A DNA stretch of 64,000 nucleotides, from contig JAUCBJ010000533.1 of the NCBI GenBank assembly GCA_032718475.1, positions 1 through 64,000 of the forward strand, read 5' to 3'. The stretch's first letter is position 1, and each line of letters opens with the position of its first letter. Origin of the DNA: Nemertoderma westbladi (Eukaryota > Animalia > Xenacoelomorpha). The translations under genes were made by a program, and so were the position numbers. Below, one piece after another: positions 25,101 to 38,549 of this stretch. Under the pieces are notes generated by a model that saw only the letters and a list, made by a program, of their open reading frames with translations, did not search any database and was not told the DNA's origin.

Positions 25101-28100
25101 ATTCTAAATCAGCACCGTCCTAGAGAGAGAACAAAGCCAATTCTAAATCAGCATCGTCCTAGAGAGAACAAAGCCAATTCTAAATCAGCATCGTCCTAGA
25201 GAGAGAACAAAGCCAATTCTAAATAAGCATCGTCCTAGAGAGAGAACAAAGCCAATTCTAAATCAGCATCGGCCTAGAGAGAACAAAGCCAATTCTAAAT
25301 AAGCATCGTCCTAGAGAGAGAACAAAGCCAATTCTAAATCAGCATCGTCCCAGAGAGAGAACAAAGCCAATTCTAAATAAGCATCGTCCTAGAGAGAGAA
25401 CAAAGCCAATTCTAAATAAGCATCGTCCTAGAGAGAGAACAAAGCCAATTCTAAATCAGCATCGTCCCAGAGAGAGAACAAAGCCAATTCTAAATCAGCA
25501 TCGGCCTAGAGAGAGAACAAAGCCAATTCTAAATAAGCATCGTCCTAGAGAGAGAACAAAGCCAATTCTAAATCAGCATCGCCCTAGAGAGAGAACAAAG
25601 CCAATTCTAAATCAGAATCGTCCCAGAGAGAGAACAAAGCCAATTCTAAATCAGCATCGGCCTAGAGAGAGAACAAAGCCAATTCCAAATCAGCATCGGC
25701 CTAGAGAGAGAACAAAGCCAATTCTAAATAAGCATCGTCCTAGAGAGAGAACAAAGCCAATTCTAAATCAGCATCGCCCTAGAGAGAGAACAAAGCCAAT
25801 TCTAAATCAGAATCGTCCCAGAGAGAGAACAAAGCCAATTCTAAATCAGCATCGGCCTAGAGAGAGAACAAAGCCAATTCCAAATCAGCATCGGCCTAGA
25901 GAGAGAACAAAGCCAATTCTAAATCAGCATCGTCCCAGAGAGAGAACAAAGCCAATTCTAAATCAGCATCGGCCTAGAGAGAGAACAAAGCCAATTCTAA
26001 ATAAGCATCGTCCTAGAGAGAGAACAAAGCCAATTCTAAATCAGCATCGCCCTAGAGAGAGAACAAAGCCAATTCTAAATCAGAATCGTCCCAGAGAGAG
26101 AACAAAGCCAATTCTAAATCAGCATCGGCCTAGAGAGAGAACAAAGCCAATTCCAAATCAGCATCGGCCTAGAGAGAGAACAAAGCCAATTCTAAATCAG
26201 CATCGTCCTAGAGAGAGAACAAAGCCAATTCTAAATCAGCATCGTCCTAGAGAGAGAACAAAGCCAATTCTAAATAAGCATCGTCCTAGAGAGAGAACAA
26301 AGCCAATTCTAAATAAGCATCGTCCTAGAGAGAGAACAAAGCCAATTCTAAATAAGCATCGTCCTAGAGAGAGAACAAAGCCAATTCTAAATCAGCATCG
26401 GCCTAGAGAGAGAACAAAGCCAATTCTAAATCAGCATCGCCCTAGAGAGAGAACAAAGCCAATTCTAAATAAGCATCGTCCTAGAGAGAGAACAAAGCCA
26501 ATTCTAAATAAGCATCGTCCTAGAGAGAGAACAAAGCCAATTCTAAATCAGCATCGCCCTAGAGAGAGAACAAAGCCAATTCTAAATCAGCATCGCCCTA
26601 GAGAGAGAACAAAGCCAATTCTAAATAAGCATCGTCCTAGAGAGAGAACAAAGCCAATTCTAAATCAGCATCGGCCTAGAGAGAGAACAAAGCCAATTCT
26701 AAATCAGCATCGTCCTAGAGAGAGAACAAAGCCAATTCTAAATAAGCATCGTCCTAGAGAGAGAACAAAGCCAATTCTAAATAAGCATCGTCCTAGAGAG
26801 AGAACAAAGCCAATTCTAAATAAGCATCGTCCTAGAGAGAGAACAAAGCCAATTCTAAATCAGCATCGGCCTAGAGAGAGAACAAAGCCAATTCTAAATC
26901 AGCATCGCCCTAGAGAGAGAACAAAGCCAATTCTAAATCAGCACCGGTCTAGAGAGAGAACAAAGCCAATTCTAAATCAGCATCGTCCTAGAGAGAGAAC
27001 AAAGCCAATTCTAAATCAGCATCGTCCTAGAGAGAACAAAGCCAATTCTAAATCAGCACCGGCCTAGAGAGAGAGAACAAAGCCAATTCTAAATCAGCAT
27101 CGTCCTAGAGAGAGAACAAAGCCAATTCTAATTCAGAATCGTCCTAGAGAGAGAACAAAGCCAATTCTAAATCAGAATCGGCCTAGAGAGAGAACAAAGC
27201 CAATTCTAAATCAGAATCGGTCTAGAGAGAGAGAGAACAAAGCCAATTCTAATTCAGAATCGGTCTAGAGAGAGAGAGAACAAAGCCAATTCTAATTCAG
27301 AATCGTCCTAGAGAGAGAACAAAGCCAATTCTAAATCAGAATCGGCCTAGAGAGAGAACAAAGCCAATTCTAAATCAGAATCGGTCTAGAGAGAGAACAA
27401 AGCCAATTCTAAATCAGCATCGTCCCAGAGAGAGAACAAAGCCAATTCTAAATCAGCATCGTCCTAGAGAGAGAACAAAGCCAATTCTAATTCAGAATCG
27501 TCCTAGAGAGAGAACAAAGCCAATTCTAAATCAGAATCGGCCTAGAGAGAGAACAAAGCCAATTCTAAATCAGAATCGGTCTAGAGAGAGAACAAAGCCA
27601 ATTCTAAATCAGCATCGTCCTAGAGAGAGAACAAAGCCAATTCTAAATCAGAATCGGTCTAGAGAGAGAACAAAGCCAATTCTAAATCAGCATCGGTCTA
27701 GAGAGAGAACAAAGCCAATTCTAAATCAGCATCGTCCTAGAGAGAGAACAAAGCCAATTCTAAATCAGCATCGGCCTAGAGAGAGAACAAAGCCAATTCT
27801 AAATCAGAATCGGTCTAGAGAGAGAACAAAGCCAATTCTAAATCAGCATCGTCCTAGAGAGAGAACAAAGCCAATTCTAAATCAGAATCGGTCTAGAGAG
27901 AGAACAAAGCCAATTCTAAATCAGCATCGGTCTAGAGAGAGAACAAAGCCAATTCTAAATCAGCATCGTCCTAGAGAGAGAACAAAGCCAATTCTAAATC
28001 AGCATCGTCCTAGAGAGAGAACAAAGCCAATTCTAAATCAGCATCGTCCTAGAGAGAGAACAAAGCCAATTCTAAATCAGCATCGGCCTAGAGAGAGAAC

Positions 28101-31100
28101 AAAGCCAATTCTAAATCAGCACCGGCTTAGAGAGAGAGAACAAAGCCAATTCTAAATCAGCATCGGCCTAGAGAGAGAACAAAGCCAATTCTAAATCAGC
28201 ACCGGCTTAGAGAGAGAGAACAAAGCCAATTCTAAATCAGCATCGTCCTAGAGAGAGAACAAAGCCAATTCTAAATCAGCATCGTCCTAGAGAGAGAACA
28301 AAGCCAATTCTAAATCAGCATCGGCCTAGAGAGAGAACAAAGCCAATTCTAAATCAGCACCGGCTTAGAGAGAGAGAACAAAGCCAATTCTAAATCAGCA
28401 TCGTCCTAGAGAGAGAACAAAGCCAATTCTAAATCAGCATCGTCCTAGAGAGAGAACAAAGCCAATTCTAAATCAGCACCGTCCTAGAGAGAGAACAAAG
28501 CCAATTCTAAATCAGCATCGTCCTAGAGAGAACAAAGCCAATTCTAAATCAGAATCGGCCTAGAGAGAGAACAAAGCCAATTCTAAATCAGCATCGGCCT
28601 AGAGAGAGAACAAAGCCAATTCTAAATCAGCATCGTCCTAGAGAGAGAGAACAAAGCCAATTCTAAATCAGAATCGTCCCAGAGAGAGAACAAAGCCAAT
28701 TCTAAATCAGCACCGTCCTAGAGAGAGAACAAAGCCAATTCTAAATCAGCATCGTCCTAGAGAGAACAAAGCCAATTCTAAATCAGAATCGGCCTAGAGA
28801 GAGAACAAAGCCAATTCTAAATCAGCATCGGCCTAGAGAGAGAACAAAGCCAATTCTAAATCAGCATCGTCCTAGAGAGAGAGAACAAAGCCAATTCTAA
28901 ATCAGCATCGTCCTAGAGAGAGAACAAAGCCAATTCTAAATCAGAATCGTCCTAGAGAGAGAACAAAGCCAATTCTAAATCAGCATCGTCCTAGAGAGAA
29001 CAAAGCCAATTCTAAATCAGAATCGTCCTAGAGAGAGAACAAAGCCAATTCTAAATAAGCACCGGCTTAGAGAGAGAACAAAGTCAATTCCAAATCAGCA
29101 TCGGCCTAGAGAGAGAACAAAGCCAATTCTAAATCAGCATCGTCCTAGAGAGAGAGAACAAAGCCAATTCTAAATCAGCATCGTCCTAGAGAGAGAACAA
29201 AGCCAATTCTAAATCAGAATCGTCCTAGAGAGAGAACAAAGCCAATTCTAAATCAGCATCGGCCTAGAGAGAGAACAAAGCCAATTCTAAATCAGCATCG
29301 TCCTAGAGAGAGAGAACAAAGCCAATTCTAAATCAGCATCGTCCTAGAGAGAGAGAACAAAGCCAATTCTAAATCAGCATCGGCCTAGAGAGAGAACAAA
29401 GCCAATTCTAAATCAGCATCGTCCTAGAGAGAACAAAGCCAATTCTAAATCAGAATCGTCCTAGAGAGAGAACAAAGCCAATTCTAAATAAGCACCGGCT
29501 TAGAGAGAGAACAAAGTCAATTCCAAATCAGCATCGGCCTAGAGAGAGAACAAAGCCAATTCTAAATCAGCATCGTCCTAGAGAGAGAGAACAAAGCCAA
29601 TTCTAAATCAGCATCGTCCTAGAGAGAGAACAAAGCCAATTCTAAATCAGAATCGTCCTAGAGAGAGAACAAAGCCAATTCTAAATCAGCATCGGCCTAG
29701 AGAGAGAACAAAGCCAATTCTAAATCAGCATCGTCCTAGAGAGAGAGAACAAAGCCAATTCTAAATCAGCATCGTCCTAGAGAGAGAGAACAAAGCCAAT
29801 TCTAAATCAGCATCGGCCTAGAGAGAGAACAAAGCCAATTCTAAATCAGCATCGTCCTAGAGAGAGAGAACAAAGCCAATTCTAAATCAGCATCGGCCTA
29901 GAGAGAGAGAACAAAGCCAATTCTAAATAAGCATCGTCCTAGAGAGAGAGAACAAAGCCAATTCTAAATAAGCATCGTCCTAGAGAGAGAGAACAAAGCC
30001 AATTCTAAATAAGCACCGGCTTAGAGAGAGAACAAAGTCAATTCTAAATCAGAATCGTCCCAGAGAGAGAACAAAGCCAATTCCAAATCAGCATCGGCCT
30101 AGAGAGAGAACAAAGCCAATTCTAAATCAGCATCGGTCTAGAGAGAGAACAAAGCCAATTCCAAATCAGCATCGTCCTAGAGAGAGAACAAAGCCAATTC
30201 TAAATCAGAATCGTCCTAGAGAGAGAACAAAGCCAATTCTAAATAAGCAACGGCTTAGAGAGAGAACAAAGCCAATTCCAAATCAGCATCGGCCTAGAGA
30301 GAGAACAAAGCCAATTCTAAATCAGAATCGTCCTAGAGAGAGAACAAAGCCAATTCTAAATAAGCAACGGCTTAGAGAGAGAACAAAGCCAATTCCAAAT
30401 CAGCATCGGCCTAGAGAGAGAACAAAGCCAATTCTAAATAAGCAACGGCTTAGAGAGAGAACAAAGCCAATTCCAAATCAGCATCGGCCTAGAGAGAGAA
30501 CAAAGCCAATTCTAAATCAGAATCGTCCTAGAGAGAGAACAAAGCCAATTCTAAATAAGCACCGGCTTAGAGAGAGAACAAAGCCAATTCCAAATCAGCA
30601 TCGGCCTAGAGAGAGAACAAAGCCAATTCTAAATCAGAATCGTCCTAGAGAGAGAACAAAGCCAATTCTAAATAAGCAACGGCTTAGAGAGAGAACAAAG
30701 CCAATTCCAAATCAGCATCGGCCTAGAGAGAGAACAAAGCCAATTCTAAATAAGCACCGGCTTAGAAAGAGAACAAAGCCAATTCCAAATCAGCATCGGC
30801 CTAGAGAGAGAACAAAGCCAATTCTAAATAAGCACCGGCTTAGAAAGAGAACAAAGCCAATTCCAAATCAGCATCGGCCTAGAGAGAGAACAAAGCCAAT
30901 TCCAAATCAGCATCGTCCTAGAGAGAGAACAAAGCCAATTCTAAATCAACACCGTCCTAGAGAGAGAGAACAAAGCCAATTCTAAATAAGCACCGGCTTA
31001 GAGAGAGAGAACAAAGCCAATTCTAAATCAGCATCGTCCTAGAGAGAGAACAAAGCCAATTCTAAATCAGAATCGTCCTAGAGAGAGAACAAAGCCAATT

Positions 31101-34100
31101 CTAAATCAACACCGTCCTAGAGAGAGAGAACAAAGCCAATTCTAAATCAGCATCGTATTAGAGAGAGAGAACAAAGCCAATTCTAAATAAGCATCGTCCC
31201 AGAGAGAGAACAAAGCCAATTCCAAATCAGCATCGGCCTAGAGAGAGAACAAAGCCAATTCTAAATAAGCACCGGCTTAGAAAGAGAACAAAGCCAATTC
31301 CAAATCAGCATCGGCCTAGAGAGAGAACAAAGCCAATTCTAAATAAGCATCGTCCCAGAGAGAGAACAAAGCCAATTCCAAATCAGCATCGGCCTAGAGA
31401 GAGAACAAAGCCAATTCCAAATCAGCATCGTCCTAGAGAGAGAGAACAAAGCCAATTCTAAATCAGAATCGTCCTAGAGAGAGAACAAAGCCAATTCTAA
31501 ATAAGCATCGTCCCAGAGAGAGAACAAAGCCAATTCCAAATCAGCATCGTCCTAGAGAGAGAGAACAAAGCCAATTCTAAATAAGCATCGGTCTAGAGAG
31601 AGAGAGAACAAAGCCAATTCTAAATCAGAATCGTCCTAGAGAGAGAGAACAAAGCCAATTCTAAATCAGAATCGTCCTAGAGAGAGAACAAAGCCAATTC
31701 TAAATCAGAATCGTCCTAGAGAGAGAACAAAGCCAATTCTAAATAAGCATCGTCCTAGAGAGAGAACAAAGCCAATTCCAAATAAGCATCGTCCCAGAGA
31801 GAGAACAAAGCCAATTCCAAATCAGCATCGGCCTAGAGAGAGAACAATGCCAATTCTAAATAAGCACCGGCTTAGAAAGAGAACAAAGCCAATTCCAAAT
31901 CAGCATCGGCCTAGAGAGAGAACAAAGCCAATTCTAAATCAGAATCGTCCTAGAGAGAGAACAAAGCCAATTCTAAATCAGCATCGTCCTAGAGAGAGAG
32001 AACAAAGCCAATTCAAAATCAACACCGTCCTAGAGAGAGAACAAAGCCAATTCTAAATAAGCACCGGCTTAGAGAGAGAACAAAGCCAATTCCAAATCAG
32101 CATCGTCCTAGAGAGAGAACAAAGCCAATTCTAAATCAACACCGTCCTAGAGAGAGAGAACAAAGCCAATTCTAAATAAGCATCATCCCAGAGAGAGAAC
32201 AAAGCCAATTCCAAATCAGCATCGGCCTAGAGAGAGAACAAAGCCAATTCTAAATAAGCACCGGCTTAGAGAGAGAACAAAGCCAATTCCAAATCAGCAT
32301 CGGCCTAGAGAGAGAACAAAGCCAATTCTAAATCAACACCGTCCTAGAGAGAGAGAACAAAGCCAATTCTAAATAAGCATCATCCCAGAGAGAGAACAAA
32401 GCCAATTCCAAATCAGCATCGGCCTAGAGAGAGAACAAAGCCAATTCTAAATAAGCACCGGCTTAGAGAGAGAACAAAGCCAATTCCAAATCAGCATCGG
32501 CCTAGAGAGAGAACAAAGCCAATTCTAAATCAGAATCGTCCTAGAGAGAGAACAAAGCCAATTCTAAATAAGCAACGGCTTAGAGAGAGAACAAAGCCAA
32601 TTCCAAATCAGCATCGGCCTAGAGAGAGAACAAAGCCAATTCTAAATCAGAATCGTCCTAGAGAGAGAACAAAGCCAATTCTAAATAAGCACCGGCTTAG
32701 AGAGAGAACAAAGCCAATTCCAAATCAGCAACGTCCTAGAGAGAGAACAAAGCCAATTCTAAATCAGCATCGGCTTGGAGAGAGAACAAAGCCAATTCTA
32801 AATCAGCAAAGGTCTAGAGAGAGAGAGAACAAAGCCAATTCTAAATAAGCACCGGCTTAGAGAGAGAACAAAGCCAATTCTAAATCAGAATCGTCCTAGA
32901 GAGAGAACAAAGCCAATTCTAAATAAGCACCGGCTTAGAGAGAGAACAAAGCCAATTCCAAATCAGCAACGTCCTAGAGAGAGAACAAAGCCAATTCTAA
33001 ATCAACACCGTCCTAGAGAGAGAGAACAAAGCCAATTCTAAATAAGCATCGTCCCAGAGAGAGAACAAAGCCAATTCCAAATCAGCATCGGCCTAGAGAG
33101 AGAACAAAGCCAATTCTAAATAAGCACCGGCTTAGAGAGAGAACAAAGCCAATTCCAAATCAGCATCGGCCTAGAGAGAGAACAAAGCCAATTCTAAATC
33201 AGAATCGTCCTAGATAGAGAACAAAGCCAATTCTAAATAAGCATCGTCCCAGAGAGAGAACAAAGCCAATTCCAAATCAGCATCGGCCTAGAGAGAGAAC
33301 AAAGCCAATTCTAAATAAGCACCGGCTTAGAGAGAGAACAAAGCCAATTCCAAATCAGCATCGGCCTAGAGAGAGAACAAAGCCAATTCTAAATCAGAAT
33401 CGTCCTAGAGAGAGAACAAAGCCAATTCTAAATCAGCATCGTCCTAGAGAGAGAGAACAAAGCCAATTCTAAATCAACACCGTCCTAGAGAGAGAGAACA
33501 AAGCCAATTCTAAATCAGTATCGTCCTAGAGAGAGAACAAAGCCAATTCTAAATCAGTATCGTCCTAGAGAGAGAACAAAGCCAATTCTAAATCAGCATC
33601 GTCCTGGAGAGAACAAAGTCAATTCTAAATCAGCATCGTCCTAGAGAGAGAACAAAGCCAATTCTAAATAAGCATCGTCCTAGAGAGAGAACAAAGCCAA
33701 TTCTAAATCAGCATCGTCCTAGAGAGAGAGAACAAAGCCAATTCTAAATCAGCATCGTCCCTGAGAGAGAACAAAGCCAATTCCAAATCAGCATCGGCCT
33801 AGAGAGAGAACAAAGCCAATTCTAAATCAGCACCGTCCTAGAGAGAGAACAAAGCCAATTCTAAATCAGCACCGTCCTAGAGAGAGAGAACAAAGCCAAT
33901 TCTAAATAAGCATCGGCCTAGAGAGAGAACAAAGCCAATTCTAAATCAGCATCGTCCTAGAGAGAGAACAAAGCCAATTCTAAATAAGCATCGGCCTAGA
34001 GAGAGAACAAAGCCAATTCTAAATCAGAATCGTCCTAGAGAGAGAACAAAGCCAATTCTAAATAAGCATCGTCCTAGAGAGAGAGAACAAAGCCAATTCC

Positions 34101-37100
34101 AAATCAGCATCGGCCTAGAGAGAGAACAAAGCCAATTCTAAATCAGCATCGTCCTAGAGAGAGAACAAAGCCAATTCTAAATAAGCATCGGCCTAGAGAG
34201 AGAACAAAGCCAATTCCAAATCAGCATCGGCCTAGAGAGAGAACAAAGCCAATTCTAAATCAGCACCGTCCTAGAGAGAGAACAAAGCCAATTCTAAATC
34301 AGCACCGTCCTAGAGAGAGAGAACAAAGCCAATTCTAAATCAGAATCGTCCTAGAGAGAGAACAAAGCCAATTCTAAATAAGCATCGTCCTAGAGAGAGA
34401 ACAAAGCCAATTCTAAATCAGCATCGGCCTAGAGAGAGAACAAAGCCAATTCTAAATAAGCACCGGCTTAGAGAGAGAGAACAAAGCCAATTCTAAATAA
34501 GCATCATCCCAGAGAGAGAACAAAGCCAATTCCAAATCAGCATCGGCCTAGAGAGAGAACAAAGCCAATTCTAAATAAGCACCGGCTTAGAGAGAGAACA
34601 AAGCCAATTCCAAATCAGCATCGGCCTAGAGAGAGAACAAAGCCAATTCTAAATCAGAATCGTCCTAGAGAGAGAACAAAGCCAATTCTAAATAAGCAAC
34701 GGCTTAGAGAGAGAACAAAGCCAATTCCAAATCAGCATCGGCCTAGAGAGAGAACAAAGCCAATTCTAAATCAGAATCGTCCTAGAGAGAGAACAAAGCC
34801 AATTCTAAATAAGCACCGGCTTAGAGAGAGAACAAAGCCAATTCCAAATCAGCAACGTCCTAGAGAGAGAACAAAGCCAATTCTAAATCAGAATCGTCCT
34901 AGAGAGAGAACAAAGCCAATTCTAAATCAACACCGTCCTAGAGAGAGAGAACAAAGCCAATTCTAAATAAGCATCGTCCCAGAGAGAGAACAAAGCCAAT
35001 TCCAAATCAGCATCGGCCTAGAGAGAGAACAAAGCCAATTCTAAATAAGCACCGGCTTAGAGAGAGAACAAAGCCAATTCCAAATCAGCATCGGCCTAGA
35101 GAGAGAACAAAGCCAATTCTAAATCAGAATCGTCCTAGATAGAGAACAAAGCCAATTCTAAATAAGCATCGTCCCAGAGAGAGAACAAAGCCAATTCTAA
35201 ATCAGCATCGGCCTAGAGAGAGAACAAAGCCAATTCTAAATAAGCACCGGCTTAGAGAGAGAACAAAGCCAATTCCAAATCAGCATCGGCCTAGAGAGAG
35301 AACAAAGCCAATTCTAAATCAGAATCGTCCTAGAGAGAGAACAAAGCCAATTCTAAATCAGCATCGTCCTAGAGAGAGAGAACAAAGCCAATTCTAAATC
35401 AACACCGTCCTAGAGAGAGAACAAAGCCAATTCTAAATCAGTATCGTCCTAGAGAGAGAACAAAGCCAATTCTAAATCAGCATCGTCCTGGAGAGAACAA
35501 AGTCAATTCTAAATCAGCATCGTCCTAGAGAGAACAAAGTCAATTCTAAATCAGCATCGTCCTAGAGAGAGAACAAAGCCAATTCTAAATAAGCATCGTC
35601 CTAGAGAGAGAACAAAGCCAATTCTAAATCAGCATCGTCCTAGAGAGAGAGAACAAAGCCAATTCTAAATCAGCATCGTCCCTGAGAGAGAACAAAGCCA
35701 ATTCCAAATCAGCATCGGCCTAGAGAGAGAACAAAGCCAATTCTAAATCAGCACCGTCCTAGAGAGAGAACAAAGCCAATTCTAAATCAGCACCGTCCTA
35801 GAGAGAGAGAACAAAGCCAATTCTAAATAAGCATCGGCCTAGAGAGAGAACAAAGCCAATTCTAAATCAGCATCGTCCTAGAGAGAGAACAAAGCCAATT
35901 CTAAATAAGCATCGGCCTAGAGAGAGAACAAAGCCAATTCTAAATCAGAATCGTCCTAGAGAGAGAACAAAGCCAATTCTAAATAAGCATCGTCCTAGAG
36001 AGAGAGAACAAAGCCAATTCCAAATCAGCATCGGCCTAGAGAGAGAACAAAGCCAATTCTAAATCAGCATCGTCCTAGAGAGAGAACAAAGCCAATTCTA
36101 AATAAGCATCGGCCTAGAGAGAGAGAACAAAGCCAATTCCAAATCAGCATCGGCCTAGAGAGAGAACAAAGCCAATTCTAAATCAGCACCGTCCTAGAGA
36201 GAGAACAAAGCCAATTCTAAATCAGCACCGTCCTAGAGAGAGAGAACAAAGCCAATTCTAAATCAGCATCGTCCTATAGAGAGAACAAAGCCAATTCTAA
36301 ATCAGCATCGTCGTAGAGAGAGAGAACAAAGCCAATTCTAAATCAGAATCGTCCTAGAGAGAGAACAAAGCCAATTCTAAATCAGCATCGTCCTAGAAAC
36401 AAAGCCAATTCTAAATCAGAATCGTCCTAGAGAGAGAACAAAGCCAATTCTAAATAAGCACCGGCTTAGAGAGAGAGAACAAAGCCAATTCCAAATCAGC
36501 ATCGTCCCAGAGAGAGAACAAAGCCAATTCTAAATCAGCATCGGCCTAGAGAGAGAACAAAGCCAATTCTAAATCAGAATCGTCCTAGAGAGAGAACAAA
36601 GCCAATTCTAAATAAGCACCGGCTTAGAGAGAGAGAACAAAGCCAATTCTAAATCAGCATCGGCCTAGAGAGAGAACAAAGCCAATTCTAAATCAGCATC
36701 GTCCTAGAGAGAACAAAGCCAATTCTAAATCAGAATCGTCCTAGAGAGAGAACAAAGCCAATTCTAAATAAGCACCGGCTTAGAGAGAGAGAACAAAGCC
36801 AATTCTCAATCAGCATCGGCCTAGAGAGAGAACAAAGCCAATTCTAAATCAGAATCGTCCTAGAGAGAGAACAAAGCCAATTCTAAATCAGAATCGTCCT
36901 AGAGAGAGAACAAAGCCAATTCTAAATCAGCATCGTCCTAGAGAGAACAAAGCCAATTCTAAATCAGAATCGTCCTAGAGAGAGAACAAAGCCAATTCTA
37001 AATAAGCACCGGCTTAGAGAGAGAACAAAGTCAATTCCAAATCAGCATCGGCCTAGAGAGAGAACAAAGCCAATTGTAAATCAGAATCGTCCTAGAGAGA

Positions 37101-38549
37101 GAACAAAGCCAATTCTAAATAAGCACCGGCTTAGAGAGAGAGAACAAAGCCAATTCTAAATAAGCACCGGCTTAGAGAGAGAGAACAAAGCCAATTCTAA
37201 ATCAGCATCGGCCTAGAGAGAGAACAAAGCCAATTCTAAATCAGCATCGGCCTAGAGAGAGAACAATGCCAATTCTAAATAAGCACCGGCTTAGAAAGAG
37301 AACAAAGCCAATTCCAAATCAGCATCGGCCTAGAGAGAGAACAAAGCCAATTCTAAATCAGAATCGTCCTAGAGAGAGAACAAAGCCAATTCTAAATAAG
37401 CACCGGCTTAGAGAGAGAGAACAAAGCCAATTCTAAATAAGCACCGGCTTAGAGAGAGAGAACAAAGCCAATTCTAAATAAGCACCGGCTTAGAGAGAGA
37501 GAACAAAGCCAATTCTAAATCAGCATCGGCCTAGAGAGAGAACAAAGCCAATTCTAAATCAGAATCGTCCTAGAGAGAGAACAAAGCCAATTCTAAATAA
37601 GCACCGGCTTAGAGAGAGAGAACAAAGCCAATTCTAAATAAGCACCGGCTTAGAGAGAGAACAAAGCCAATTCTAAATCAGCATCGGCCTAGAGAGAGAA
37701 CAAAGCCAATTCTAAATCAGAATCGTCCTAGAGAGAGAACAAAGCCAATTCTAAATAAGCACCGGCTTAGAGAGAGAGAACAAAGCCAATTCTAAATAAG
37801 CACCGGCTTAGAGAGAGAGAACAAAGCCAATTCTAAATAAGCACCGGCTTAGAGAGAGAGAACAAAGCCAATTCTAAATCAGCATCGGCCTAGAGAGAGA
37901 ACAAAGCCAATTCTAAATCAGAATCGTCCTAGAGAGAGAACAAAGCCAATTCTAAATCAGCATCGTCCTAGAGAGAGAACAAAGCCAATTCTAAATCAGC
38001 AACGGTCTAGAGAGAGAACAAAGCCAATTCTAAATCAGCATCGCCCTAGAGAGAGAACAAAGCCAATTCTAAATAAGCACCGGCTTAGAGAGAGAGAACA
38101 AAGCCAATTCTAAATCAGCATCGGCCTAGAGAGAGAACAAAGCCAATTCTAAATCAGAATCGTCCTAGAGAGAGAACAAAGCCAATTCAAAATCAACACC
38201 GTCCTAGAGAGAGAACAAAGCCAATTCTAAATAAGCACCGGCTTAGAGAGAGAACAAAGCCAATTCCAAATCAGCATCGTCCTAGAGAGAGAACAAAGCC
38301 AATTCTAAATCAACACCGTCCTAGAGAGAGAGAACAAAGCCAATTCTAAATAAGCATCATCCCAGAGAGAGAACAAAGCCAATTCCAAATCAGCATCGGC
38401 CTAGAGAGAGAACAAAGCCAATTCTAAATAAGCACCGGCTTAGAGAGAGAACAAAGCCAATTCCAAATCAGCATCGGCCTAGAGAGAGAACAAAGCCAAT
38501 TCTAAATCAGAATCGTCCTAGAGAGAGAACAAAGCCAATTCTAAATAAG

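Noticed and set aside
23790-32056. ORFs 23790-24005, 24515-24709 and 31847-32056 as repeat proteins
   Set aside because: They are by-products of the 39-bp period where TAG>TGG or similar variants cluster; no independent coding evidence.
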